From NCBI GenBank assembly GCA_034723395.1, contig JAYEOW010000027.1:1-14364 (forward strand): a DNA stretch of 14,364 nucleotides, in the 5' to 3' direction. A model generated the notes under the pieces. It did no database searches. It saw only the letters and a list, made by a program, of their open reading frames with translations, and had not been told where the DNA came from. The position numbers and the translations under genes are program-made. This DNA comes from Candidatus Margulisiibacteriota bacterium (GTDB lineage Bacteria > Margulisbacteria > WOR-1 > O2-12-FULL-45-9). Shown one piece after another: positions 1-6,795 of the stretch (within the stretch, counting starts at the first letter, position 1; the number at the start of each line of letters is the position of its first letter).

Positions 1-119
1 AAATGATCAAACGGTTAAGTTTCGGCTTTCGCAATGTCCAAATTTACATCAGAAAAATGATGCTGGCGTTTATTCCCATTACTTATCTAGGAGGTTTAGT
101 TTGGCACACTTTTTGCTGA
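1..119 (+). CDS. C-terminal fragment of an ISL3-family transposase (5'-truncated by window edge)
   Basis: Frame from nt 3 reads MIKRLSFGFRNVQIYIRKMMLAFIPITYLGGLVWHTFC* (TGA 117-119). IKRxxFGFRN matches the conserved C-terminal KxIKRxxYGFRN motif of DDE_Tnp_ISL3 transposases. Too short to appear in the ORF track. Confidence 0.85.
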   Translation, partial: MIKRLSFGFRNVQIYIRKMMLAFIPITYLGGLVWHTFC

Positions 120-125
120 GGAGCC
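103..125 (-). repeat. Putative right terminal inverted repeat (IRR) of the ISL3 element
   Basis: The minus strand reads GGCTCCTCAGCAAAAAGTGTGCC, and the transposase stop codon lies within it. The inner boundary is uncertain because the partner IRL is not visible. Confidence 0.65.
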
Positions 126-134
126 AATTTCCTC

Positions 135-164
135 TTGACAGCACCCCACTTTTTGTTGTAGAAT
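135..164 (+). promoter_or_regulatory. Sigma70/SigA-type promoter for the rpmG...rplC cluster
   Basis: Perfect -35 TTGACA (135-140), 18-nt spacer, and -10 TAGAAT (159-164, 5/6 consensus), about 100 nt upstream of the rpmG ATG. Confidence 0.8.
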
Positions 165-220
165 AACATTTCGTTCACCTAAAGAAATTTGCGGCTTTTT
201 TGCCAAAAATTAAATGGAGT

Positions 221-263
221 TTTTGGAGAGGGGTTTTTGTGGCCCCTCCGAGGTTTTTATTTT
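221..263 (+). promoter_or_regulatory. Terminator/pause-like hairpin plus U-tract in the rpmG 5' leader
   Basis: GAGGGGTT (228-235) pairs with GGCCCCTC (241-248; two G-U pairs) around a 5-nt loop. It is followed by GAGG (250-253, likely SD) and TTTTTATTTT (254-263) directly before ATG 264. Function is inferred only. Confidence 0.4.
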
Positions 264-413
264 ATGAGAGAAATTAGAACATTAGCTTGTACGGTTTGTA
301 AGAGAGAGAATTATACGACGACAAAAAACAAAATGAATACCAAAGAGCGTTTAGAGCTTTTAAAATTTTGTAATTGGTGTCGTAAACATACTAAGCATAA
401 AGAGAAAAAATAA
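264..413 (+). CDS. rpmG: 50S ribosomal protein L33, zinc-ribbon (C+) form
   Basis: [23 protein letters not shown]...[21 protein letters not shown], 49 aa, with two CxxC pairs and the NYTTTKN motif. The start is ATG 264 rather than TTG 189. Confidence 0.97.
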   Translation: MREIRTLACTVCKRENYTTTKNKMNTKERLELLKFCNWCRKHTKHKEKK

Positions 414-430
414 GATGTGGTAATGGGGCT

Positions 431-504
431 GGGTCTGTCGGTTAATGGCAAACCACCGGTCTCCAAAACCGGGACTCCCCGTTCGAGTCGGGGCAGACCC
501 GCCA
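431..504 (+). tRNA. trnW: tRNA-Trp (anticodon CCA)
   Basis: Acceptor GGGTCTG/CAGACCC; D-stem GGTT/AACC; anticodon stem CCGGT/ACCGG with loop CTCCAAA (CCA 463-465); T-arm CCCCG-TTCGAGT-CGGGG; discriminator G501; encoded CCA 502-504. This is the usual position between rpmG and secE. Confidence 0.98.
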
Positions 505-533
505 AATTAAGGATGAGGGATAGGAATTAGGGA

Positions 534-728
534 ATGAAGGATAAGTTCGGGCAGCTCGTTAGGTTTTTTAAGGAAACGCGGGCGGAAACAAAAAAGGTAG
601 TTTGGCCAGATCGTAAGTACGTTACGGCTGCAACCATAATTATTTTATTCCTGGTTTTTTTGACCGGTCTCTATGTTATGTTGATTGATCTTACGTTTGT
701 GAAAGTGTTTGGATTTTTGATAAAGTAA
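534..728 (+). CDS. secE: Preprotein translocase subunit SecE (single-TM type)
   Basis: FFKETRAETKKVVWP motif followed by one hydrophobic helix; 64 aa; directly upstream of nusG. Confidence 0.96.
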   Translation: MKDKFGQLVRFFKETRAETKKVVWPDRKYVTAATIIILFLVFLTGLYVMLIDLTFVKVFGFLIK

Positions 729-730
729 TT

Positions 731-1465
731 ATGGAAGAAGAAAACAAGCAAAACGCGCCAGAACCTAGAGAACAAAATGAGAACAAACCGGCTGAAGAGG
801 CAACCCCTCGACAGAGCTCGGAGCAGGCTCTTCCGGCAGCGGAATCTGTTCCTCCAGTTGAAGAGGCTAAGGCTGAAGAGCCTGCTTCTCCGACAGAAGA
901 AGTTAAGGAAGAGGAAAAGGCGGAAGATCCAACGGTTGTAGACAAGAGATGGTATGTGATCCAGACCTTGACCGGACAGGAAGATAAGGTTAAGCAAGCG
1001 GTTGATCAGACTATTGAATCGAAGAAACTGAAAGACAAGCTCTTTCAGTGCCTGGTTCCGACCGAAGAGATCGTAGAGATCAAAGGCGGGAAGAGAGTGG
1101 AGAAGGTCAAAAAGATGTTCCCCGGCTATGTCTTCCTCGAAATGGTCCTCGATGATGAATCTTGGTTCAATATCCGCAATACCCCCTGGGTAGCGCGTTT
1201 TATCGGGACCAAAGTGCGCCCAACCCCGGTTTCCGACCGGGAGATGCAGCGGGTACTGAAACAGTTAGGCAAGGAAGAGAAATTATTGGAGATCACTTTT
1301 GAAAGAGGCGAGGGGGTCAGGGTAATTTCTGGTCCTTTCCGCGGTTATACCGGAACAGTTGACGAAGTTAATGTTGGTAAGGGGAAAATGAAGGTGCTCA
1401 TTAATATTTTCGGCCGGGATACCCCCGTCGAAGTTAATTTTGAACACGCTCAGAAGATTATTTAG
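731..1465 (+). CDS. nusG: Transcription elongation factor NusG with ~71-aa acidic N-terminal extension
   Basis: NGN domain ([21 protein letters not shown]) and KOW domain ([15 protein letters not shown]...[10 protein letters not shown]); secE-nusG-rplK synteny. Confidence 0.98.
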   Translation: MEEENKQNAPEPREQNENKPAEEATPRQSSEQALPAAESVPPVEEAKAEEPASPTEEVKEEEKAEDPTVVDKRWYVIQTLTGQEDKVKQAVDQTIESKKLKDKLFQCLVPTEEIVEIKGGKRVEKVKKMFPGYVFLEMVLDDESWFNIRNTPWVARFIGTKVRPTPVSDREMQRVLKQLGKEEKLLEITFERGEGVRVISGPFRGYTGTVDEVNVGKGKMKVLINIFGRDTPVEVNFEHAQKII

Positions 1466-1467
1466 TC

Positions 1468-1905
1468 ATGGCAAAGAAGAAGAAAAAAGAAGTATTAGTA
1501 AAAATCAAATTGCAGATCCCGGCAGGGAAGGCCAATCCGGCCCCTCCGATCGGCCCGGCGCTGGGTCAACACGGCCTAAATATTATGGATTTCTGCAAGC
1601 AGTACAACGCAGCTACGAAAGATAAGGGCGATATTGTTGTTCCAGTCGAAATATCGGTCTACAAAGATCGCTCTTTCTCATTTGTTTTAAAGACCCCGCC
1701 TGCAGCAGAACTTTTACGCAAAGCGGCCGGGATCGAGAAAGGTTCGGGAGTTCCTAATAAAAACAAGGTCGGTTCGGTGACCAAAGCGAAAATAAAAGAG
1801 ATTGCCGAGACCAAGCTTCCCGACCTGAATGCCTATGACGTTGAGGCTGCTTCAAGAATAATTGAAGGGACTGCCCGTAATATGGGGATAACGGTAGAGA
1901 AATAA
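1468..1905 (+). CDS. rplK: 50S ribosomal protein L11
   Basis: [37 protein letters not shown] and IEGTARNMG motifs. Confidence 0.99.
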   Translation: MAKKKKKEVLVKIKLQIPAGKANPAPPIGPALGQHGLNIMDFCKQYNAATKDKGDIVVPVEISVYKDRSFSFVLKTPPAAELLRKAAGIEKGSGVPNKNKVGSVTKAKIKEIAETKLPDLNAYDVEAASRIIEGTARNMGITVEK

Positions 1906-1906
1906 G

Positions 1907-2611
1907 ATGGTAAACGGAAAAAAATATAGCGAAAAAACTAAACTGATCGAAAAAGGTAAGATGTATTCTCCCAAAGAGGCGATCGGTTTAGCAAAACAGA
2001 CCGCTTTTGCAAAATTTGATGAATCAATCGACCTGGCGATGAAGCTTGGCGTCGATCCTAAAAAACATGCCATCCGGGGAACGGTTATGCTGCCTGGAGG
2101 ATCAGGGAAAAAGAAGAGAGTCGCGGTGATCGTTAAGGAAGACAAAATTAAGGAAGCCGAAGATGCGGGAGCCGCGGTTGTCGGCGGTGACGATCTGGTG
2201 CAAAAGATCCAAAAGGGGTTTCTCGATTTTGATGTTTTAGTAGTTACCCCGGATATGATGGGGGCGGTTGGTAAGCTTGGCAGGATGTTAGGCCCAAAAG
2301 GTTTGATGCCAAATCCAAAAACCGGGACCGTAACCCAGGATGTGGCAAGAACGGTAAAAGAATTTATGGGGGGCAAGGTCGAATTCAGGATGGATAAGAC
2401 CGGCGCTTTACACATGGTATTAGGGAAAGTTTCATTTGATGCGGATGCGCTGGTAAAGAATTTTTCATCGGCTTTAACTGCGATCATACAGATGAAGCCG
2501 AGCGGGTTAAAGGGGAATTATATCGAATCGATCACCCTCTCGTCCAGCATGGGCCCCGGAATTAAGATTGACCATAAATCGACCGTCGATAAACAGAGCA
2601 AGGAAATATAA
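1907..2611 (+). CDS. rplA: 50S ribosomal protein L1
   Basis: AKFDES, LGPKGLMPNPKTGTV and SSSMGPGIK motifs; follows rplK. Confidence 0.99.
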   Translation: MVNGKKYSEKTKLIEKGKMYSPKEAIGLAKQTAFAKFDESIDLAMKLGVDPKKHAIRGTVMLPGGSGKKKRVAVIVKEDKIKEAEDAGAAVVGGDDLVQKIQKGFLDFDVLVVTPDMMGAVGKLGRMLGPKGLMPNPKTGTVTQDVARTVKEFMGGKVEFRMDKTGALHMVLGKVSFDADALVKNFSSALTAIIQMKPSGLKGNYIESITLSSSMGPGIKIDHKSTVDKQSKEI

Positions 2612-2613
2612 TC

Positions 2614-3144
2614 ATGGCACAAAAAGCGGTAGAAACGAAGAAGAAAGTTGTTAAGGACCTAAAGGATAAGATCGAACAATCCAACATTATCGTCCTTTCT
2701 GATTATCGCGGAGTCTCGGTAAAACAGATCACCGAGCTTCGCAAAGCGCTCCACAAGAACGGAGCAGGATATAAGATCGTTAAGAACAGTTTGATCAAAA
2801 GAGCGGCAGAAGCGGCAGGATTTCAGGGATTGGACGAACATCTCGCCGGACCGACCGCATTATTGATCGGGAATGAAGACCCGGTAGAGCCGCTAAAAAA
2901 TCTGGTCGAATTTGTTAAAGACAACGAGAAGGGCGAGATCAAGGTCGGAATTTTTGAAAAAGCGATCGTTGATAAGAAAGCTATTTCAGAAATTGCGAAG
3001 CTCCCTTCGAGAGAGGTATTACTGGCCAAGGTTGTTGGTGGATTCCAGGCGCCGATCTGCGGCCTGGTTAACACTCTTGCGGGGACCATCCGTAAATTAG
3101 TCTATGCATTAAATGCAGTAAAAGAGAAAAAAGTCTCTCGATAA
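2614..3144 (+). CDS. rplJ: 50S ribosomal protein L10
   Basis: DYRGVSVKQITELRK, KIVKNSLIKRA, LAGPTA and AKLPSRE motifs. Confidence 0.98.
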   Translation: MAQKAVETKKKVVKDLKDKIEQSNIIVLSDYRGVSVKQITELRKALHKNGAGYKIVKNSLIKRAAEAAGFQGLDEHLAGPTALLIGNEDPVEPLKNLVEFVKDNEKGEIKVGIFEKAIVDKKAISEIAKLPSREVLLAKVVGGFQAPICGLVNTLAGTIRKLVYALNAVKEKKVSR

Positions 3145-3155
3145 ACTCGAGATAA

Positions 3156-3165
3156 AGGGAGGTGA
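3156..3165 (+). promoter_or_regulatory. Strong Shine-Dalgarno of rplL
   Basis: AGGGAGGTGA ends 5 nt before ATG 3171; GGAGGTGA is complementary to the canonical 16S 3' end. Confidence 0.85.
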
Positions 3166-3170
3166 AGTAA

Positions 3171-3539
3171 ATGGCAAAGGTAGAAGAAATTTTAACATCT
3201 GTTGAGCAAATGACGGTATTGGAATTGGCAGATCTAGTTAAAAAATTAGAAGATAAATTCGGTGTTTCTGCGGCAGCTCCGGTCGTGATGGGCGGCGTCG
3301 CGGCAGGCGGTGAAGCTGCTGAGGTTAAGGATGAATTTGACGTCGTCTTGACAAGTGCAGGCGCGAAGAAGATCCAGGTTTTAAAGGTTCTGCGCGAAGT
3401 TACCGGCTTAGGGTTGAAAGAGGCTAAAGAGCTGGTTGATACTGCGCCAAAACCGGTTAAACAGGGAGTGAAAAAGGAAGAAGCTGAAGAGATTAAGAAA
3501 AAGCTCGAGGCTGAAGGAGCGAAGGTAGAAGTTAAATAA
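3171..3539 (+). CDS. rplL: 50S ribosomal protein L7/L12
   Basis: [41 protein letters not shown] and GAKVEVK motifs. Confidence 0.99.
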   Translation: MAKVEEILTSVEQMTVLELADLVKKLEDKFGVSAAAPVVMGGVAAGGEAAEVKDEFDVVLTSAGAKKIQVLKVLREVTGLGLKEAKELVDTAPKPVKQGVKKEEAEEIKKKLEAEGAKVEVK

Positions 3540-6500
3540 TGACAAAAAAAGCAAAGACAATAGATCTTACCCGTAAGGCTGCGGCACCCGCGCCAGATCT
3601 TTTAGATCTGCAAAAAGGATCCTTTAGGGTCTTTTTGGAAGAGGGTATAACCGAAGAATTAAAGCTGATTTCTCCGATCAAAGGATATGAGGGGAAGTTG
3701 GAGTTAACTTTCAGCGGTAAATATACCTTTGGCAAGCCGAAGTACTCCCCGCGAGATTGTTTGATCCGTGAGACGACTTATGCCTTACCGTTAAAGGTTG
3801 AGGCCCGTTTGTTGAATAAAAAGACCAAAGAGGTTAAGTCTCAAGATGTTTTTATTGGGGATCTCCCGATGATGACTGAGCGCGGAACTTTCATTATGAA
3901 TGGGGTAGAAAGGGTTATTGTTACCCAACTGGTAAGATCCCCGGGAGTTTATTTCCGGGGTGCGCGTAAGACGGAGAAGATGACTAAACCGTTCTTTTAC
4001 GCGACCGTAATTCCGGATCGGGGTGCCTGGTTAGAGCTCGAAACCGACGCGTCGGGGACGATCTTTACCCGCATCAACCGGACACGTAAGATCCCGGTAA
4101 CCATGTTTCTTGCTGCTATCGGCTGTTCCGAAGATGAAATCTTAAAAGCTTTGTCCGAAGGCGAATTCCGGAGAAGGTCGCTTAAAGAGTGCCCGATCCT
4201 TCCCAAAGAGGAAGCATTGATCGAAGTATATAAACGCCTGCGGCCCGGCGACCCGGTCACCCAGGAAGGTGCGCAGATCTATATCAACAATCTTTTCTTT
4301 AATTCACGCCGTTACGATCTCGGCAGAGTGGGCCGATACAAGATGAACCGTAAGCTTGGGGTAAATGTTCCGGATGATAAGCATGTCCTAACCAAGCAGG
4401 ATATTCTGGCTATGGTTAAATACCTGATCAAGATAAATTCTGGAGAGGGGATTGCCGACGATATCGATCACCTGGGGAACCGAAGGGTCAGATCTATCGG
4501 CGAACTGCTTCAGCGGCAGGTTCGGGTAGGTTTAACCAGGATCGAGCGTTTGGTAAAAGAGCAGATGATGATAAAGGGGGATGAAGTTGTTACTCCCAGC
4601 CAGCTTATTAACATTAGACCTTTACAGGCGGTGGTTAAAGAGTTTTTCGGGTCGAGCCAGCTCTCCCAATTTATGGACCAGACCAATCCATTGGCCGAAC
4701 TAACCCATAAGCGGAGACTTTCCGCGTTAGGTCCGGGAGGCTTAAGCCGTGAGCGGGCAGGGTTTGAAGTTCGCGACATCCATCCTTCACACTACGGAAG
4801 GATCTGTCCGATCGAAACTCCGGAGGGTCCGAACGCCGGATTGATCGGATCGCTAGCTACCCATGCTAGAGTAAACAAGTACGGATTTATTGAAACCCCT
4901 TATCAGAAAGTTGAAAAGGGAGTTGTCTCCAGGAAAGTTGAGTATTTAACTGCTGATATTGAAGACCTTTATAAGATCGCTTCATGTGATGTACGCTTAG
5001 ATAATAAGGGCAAAATTACCGAAGATCAGGTCCCGGTCCGTTATAAACGGGAATTCATTTTTGCCCCCAGCCAGGAAGTAGATTATGTAAGCGTAGCTCC
5101 AGAACAGATCGTCGGGATCACCACCGCGATGATCCCATTCCTCGAACACAACGACGCGAACCGAGCCTTAATGGGCGCGAACATGCAGCGTCAGGCAGTC
5201 CCTATTATCCTTCCGGACGCGCCGATCGTTGGCACCGGCCTGGAAGGGAAGGTCGCAAGGGATTCAAGGACCCTGGTCAAGGCTGATAATTCAGGAAAGG
5301 TCGTTAAAGTTGATGCTAATGAGATTGTTGTCCAGCGATCGAATAAAAAGAAAGATATCTATAAGCTTATGACCTTTAGCCGAAGCAACCAGGATACTTT
5401 AGTCCACCAAAGACCGAGAGTATCGGTTGGCGAAACGGTAAAGAGCGGTGATATGTTAGCCGATGGTTCAGCTACCGACCATGGTGAGTTAGCGTTAGGC
5501 AGAAACGTTTTAGTCGCGCTAATGCCGTGGGAAGGCTATAACTACGAAGATGCTATTATCCTTTCCGAAAAATTAGTGAAAAAAGATCTATTTACATCTA
5601 TTCACGTCCAACGTTTAGAGGTTGAGGTAAGAGCAACTAAGTTGGGGATGGAAGAGATAACCAGAGAGATCCCAAATGTTGGCGAAGAGTCCCTGGCCAA
5701 CTTGGACGAGCGGGGGATTATTGTTTCAGGTTCCGAAATTAATCCTGGCGATGTTTTAGTCGGGAAAGTTACGCCAAAAGGGGAGACCGAGCTTCCAGCC
5801 GAAGAAAAATTGCTCCGCGCGATCTTTGGCGACAAAGCGCGCGATATGCGGGATTCTTCACTGCGTGTTCCTCCGGGCGAGCGTGGAATGGTGATTAGTG
5901 TAAGATCGTTCTCGCGTGAAAATGGGGACGAACTTCCTCCGGGCGTTCACGAATTGGTCCGCGTTTACCTGGCGCAGATGAGAAAAGTTAGCGTTGGCGA
6001 CAAGATGGCGGGGCGTCACGGGAACAAAGGGGTCATTGCCCGGATCATGCCCGAAGAGGATATGCCTTATCTGCCGGATGGAACGCCCGTGGATGTTATT
6101 TTAAATCCGCTCGGCGTCCCTTCGCGTATGAACATTGGGCAGATCTTTGAACTACTGCTCGGCCACGCCGGAAAATTGTTAAATCATAAATATAAGATTC
6201 CCGCGTTCGATGAAATGATCGAAGAAGATGCTTCGATCAAGCTGGTTGAGCAGGAATTAGAAAAAGCGGTTTCCGAAGCAAATGCCCCCTGGCTGGAAAG
6301 CAGCGGCAAGGTGGAGCTTCGTGACGGAAGAACAGGATTACCCTTTGGGAGAAAAGTTGCTGTTGGTTATATGTACCTGATGAAGCTGATCCATTTAGTT
6401 GACGATAAGATGCATGCCCGATCGACCGGCCCTTACTCACTAATTACCCAGCAGCCGTTGGGCGGAAAGGCCCAGTTCGGCGGGCAGCGATTCGGAGAGA

Positions 6501-6793
6501 TGGAAGTTTGGGCGCTCGAAGCTTACGGTGCTGCCCATACCTTACAGGAGCTGCTTACCGTGAAATCTGATGATGTGATCGGCCGTTCCCGCGTCTACGA
6601 AGCGATTATCAAGGGGAAGTCAATGGGTAAACCGGGAGTACCTGAATCATTTAAAGTGTTGATCAAAGAACTTCGCAGCTTAGGTTTGGACGTGAAGACG
6701 ATGGACAAGATTGGAAAAGAGATTAATATTGACGAAGAAGAGCGAGTTGCCGGGCGTAAACCCCGTATATTCGGCAAGAAAAGGAAGGTGTAG
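3539..6793 (+). CDS. rpoB: DNA-directed RNA polymerase subunit beta (compact, 1084 aa)
   Basis: [61 protein letters not shown] and [18 protein letters not shown] motifs. The start overlaps the rplL stop (TAATG). Confidence 0.99.
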   Translation: MTKKAKTIDLTRKAAAPAPDLLDLQKGSFRVFLEEGITEELKLISPIKGYEGKLELTFSGKYTFGKPKYSPRDCLIRETTYALPLKVEARLLNKKTKEVKSQDVFIGDLPMMTERGTFIMNGVERVIVTQLVRSPGVYFRGARKTEKMTKPFFYATVIPDRGAWLELETDASGTIFTRINRTRKIPVTMFLAAIGCSEDEILKALSEGEFRRRSLKECPILPKEEALIEVYKRLRPGDPVTQEGAQIYINNLFFNSRRYDLGRVGRYKMNRKLGVNVPDDKHVLTKQDILAMVKYLIKINSGEGIADDIDHLGNRRVRSIGELLQRQVRVGLTRIERLVKEQMMIKGDEVVTPSQLINIRPLQAVVKEFFGSSQLSQFMDQTNPLAELTHKRRLSALGPGGLSRERAGFEVRDIHPSHYGRICPIETPEGPNAGLIGSLATHARVNKYGFIETPYQKVEKGVVSRKVEYLTADIEDLYKIASCDVRLDNKGKITEDQVPVRYKREFIFAPSQEVDYVSVAPEQIVGITTAMIPFLEHNDANRALMGANMQRQAVPIILPDAPIVGTGLEGKVARDSRTLVKADNSGKVVKVDANEIVVQRSNKKKDIYKLMTFSRSNQDTLVHQRPRVSVGETVKSGDMLADGSATDHGELALGRNVLVALMPWEGYNYEDAIILSEKLVKKDLFTSIHVQRLEVEVRATKLGMEEITREIPNVGEESLANLDERGIIVSGSEINPGDVLVGKVTPKGETELPAEEKLLRAIFGDKARDMRDSSLRVPPGERGMVISVRSFSRENGDELPPGVHELVRVYLAQMRKVSVGDKMAGRHGNKGVIARIMPEEDMPYLPDGTPVDVILNPLGVPSRMNIGQIFELLLGHAGKLLNHKYKIPAFDEMIEEDASIKLVEQELEKAVSEANAPWLESSGKVELRDGRTGLPFGRKVAVGYMYLMKLIHLVDDKMHARSTGPYSLITQQPLGGKAQFGGQRFGEMEVWALEAYGAAHTLQELLTVKSDDVIGRSRVYEAIIKGKSMGKPGVPESFKVLIKELRSLGLDVKTMDKIGKEINIDEEERVAGRKPRIFGKKRKV

Positions 6794-6795
6794 CT

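Larger units (their letters stand above)
1..125 (+). mobile_element. Right end of an ISL3-family insertion sequence
   Basis: The transposase C-terminus runs into a terminus ending GAGCC (121-125). Its reverse complement begins GGCTC, the typical ISL3 end. The left end lies outside the window. Confidence 0.8.

Noticed and set aside
107..158. Direct repeat CACTTTTTG(C/T)TG at 107-118 and 147-158
   Set aside because: Short and T-rich. One copy is inside the IR and the other in the promoter spacer, so the geometry does not fit a target-site duplication; only two copies, so not CRISPR-like.
89..166. AGGAGGT (89-95) followed by TTG 101, opening a 21-codon ORF that runs out of the IS across the promoter
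   Set aside because: The SD-like sequence encodes Leu-Gly-Gly of the transposase, the peptide has no recognisable features, and the ORF crosses an IS junction. Most likely chance.
189..263. 25-aa N-terminal extension of L33 from TTG 189 (ORF track)
   Set aside because: L33 homology begins at ATG 264, which has GAGG upstream. The extension is just the T-rich structured leader read in frame.
311..505. Minus-strand 64-aa ORF
   Set aside because: It is the antisense reading of tRNA-Trp and rpmG, a common spurious call.
1468..1495. A-rich runs (rplK start AAGAAGAAGAAAAAAGAA; also ~8706-8720 in rpoC) as slippage or frameshift sites
   Set aside because: They simply encode poly-Lys in intact, full-length frames; no frameshift is needed.
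4643..4745. Possible rifampicin-resistance substitutions in RpoB cluster I
   Set aside because: [34 protein letters not shown] retains the sensitive-type Q, D, H and S residues.
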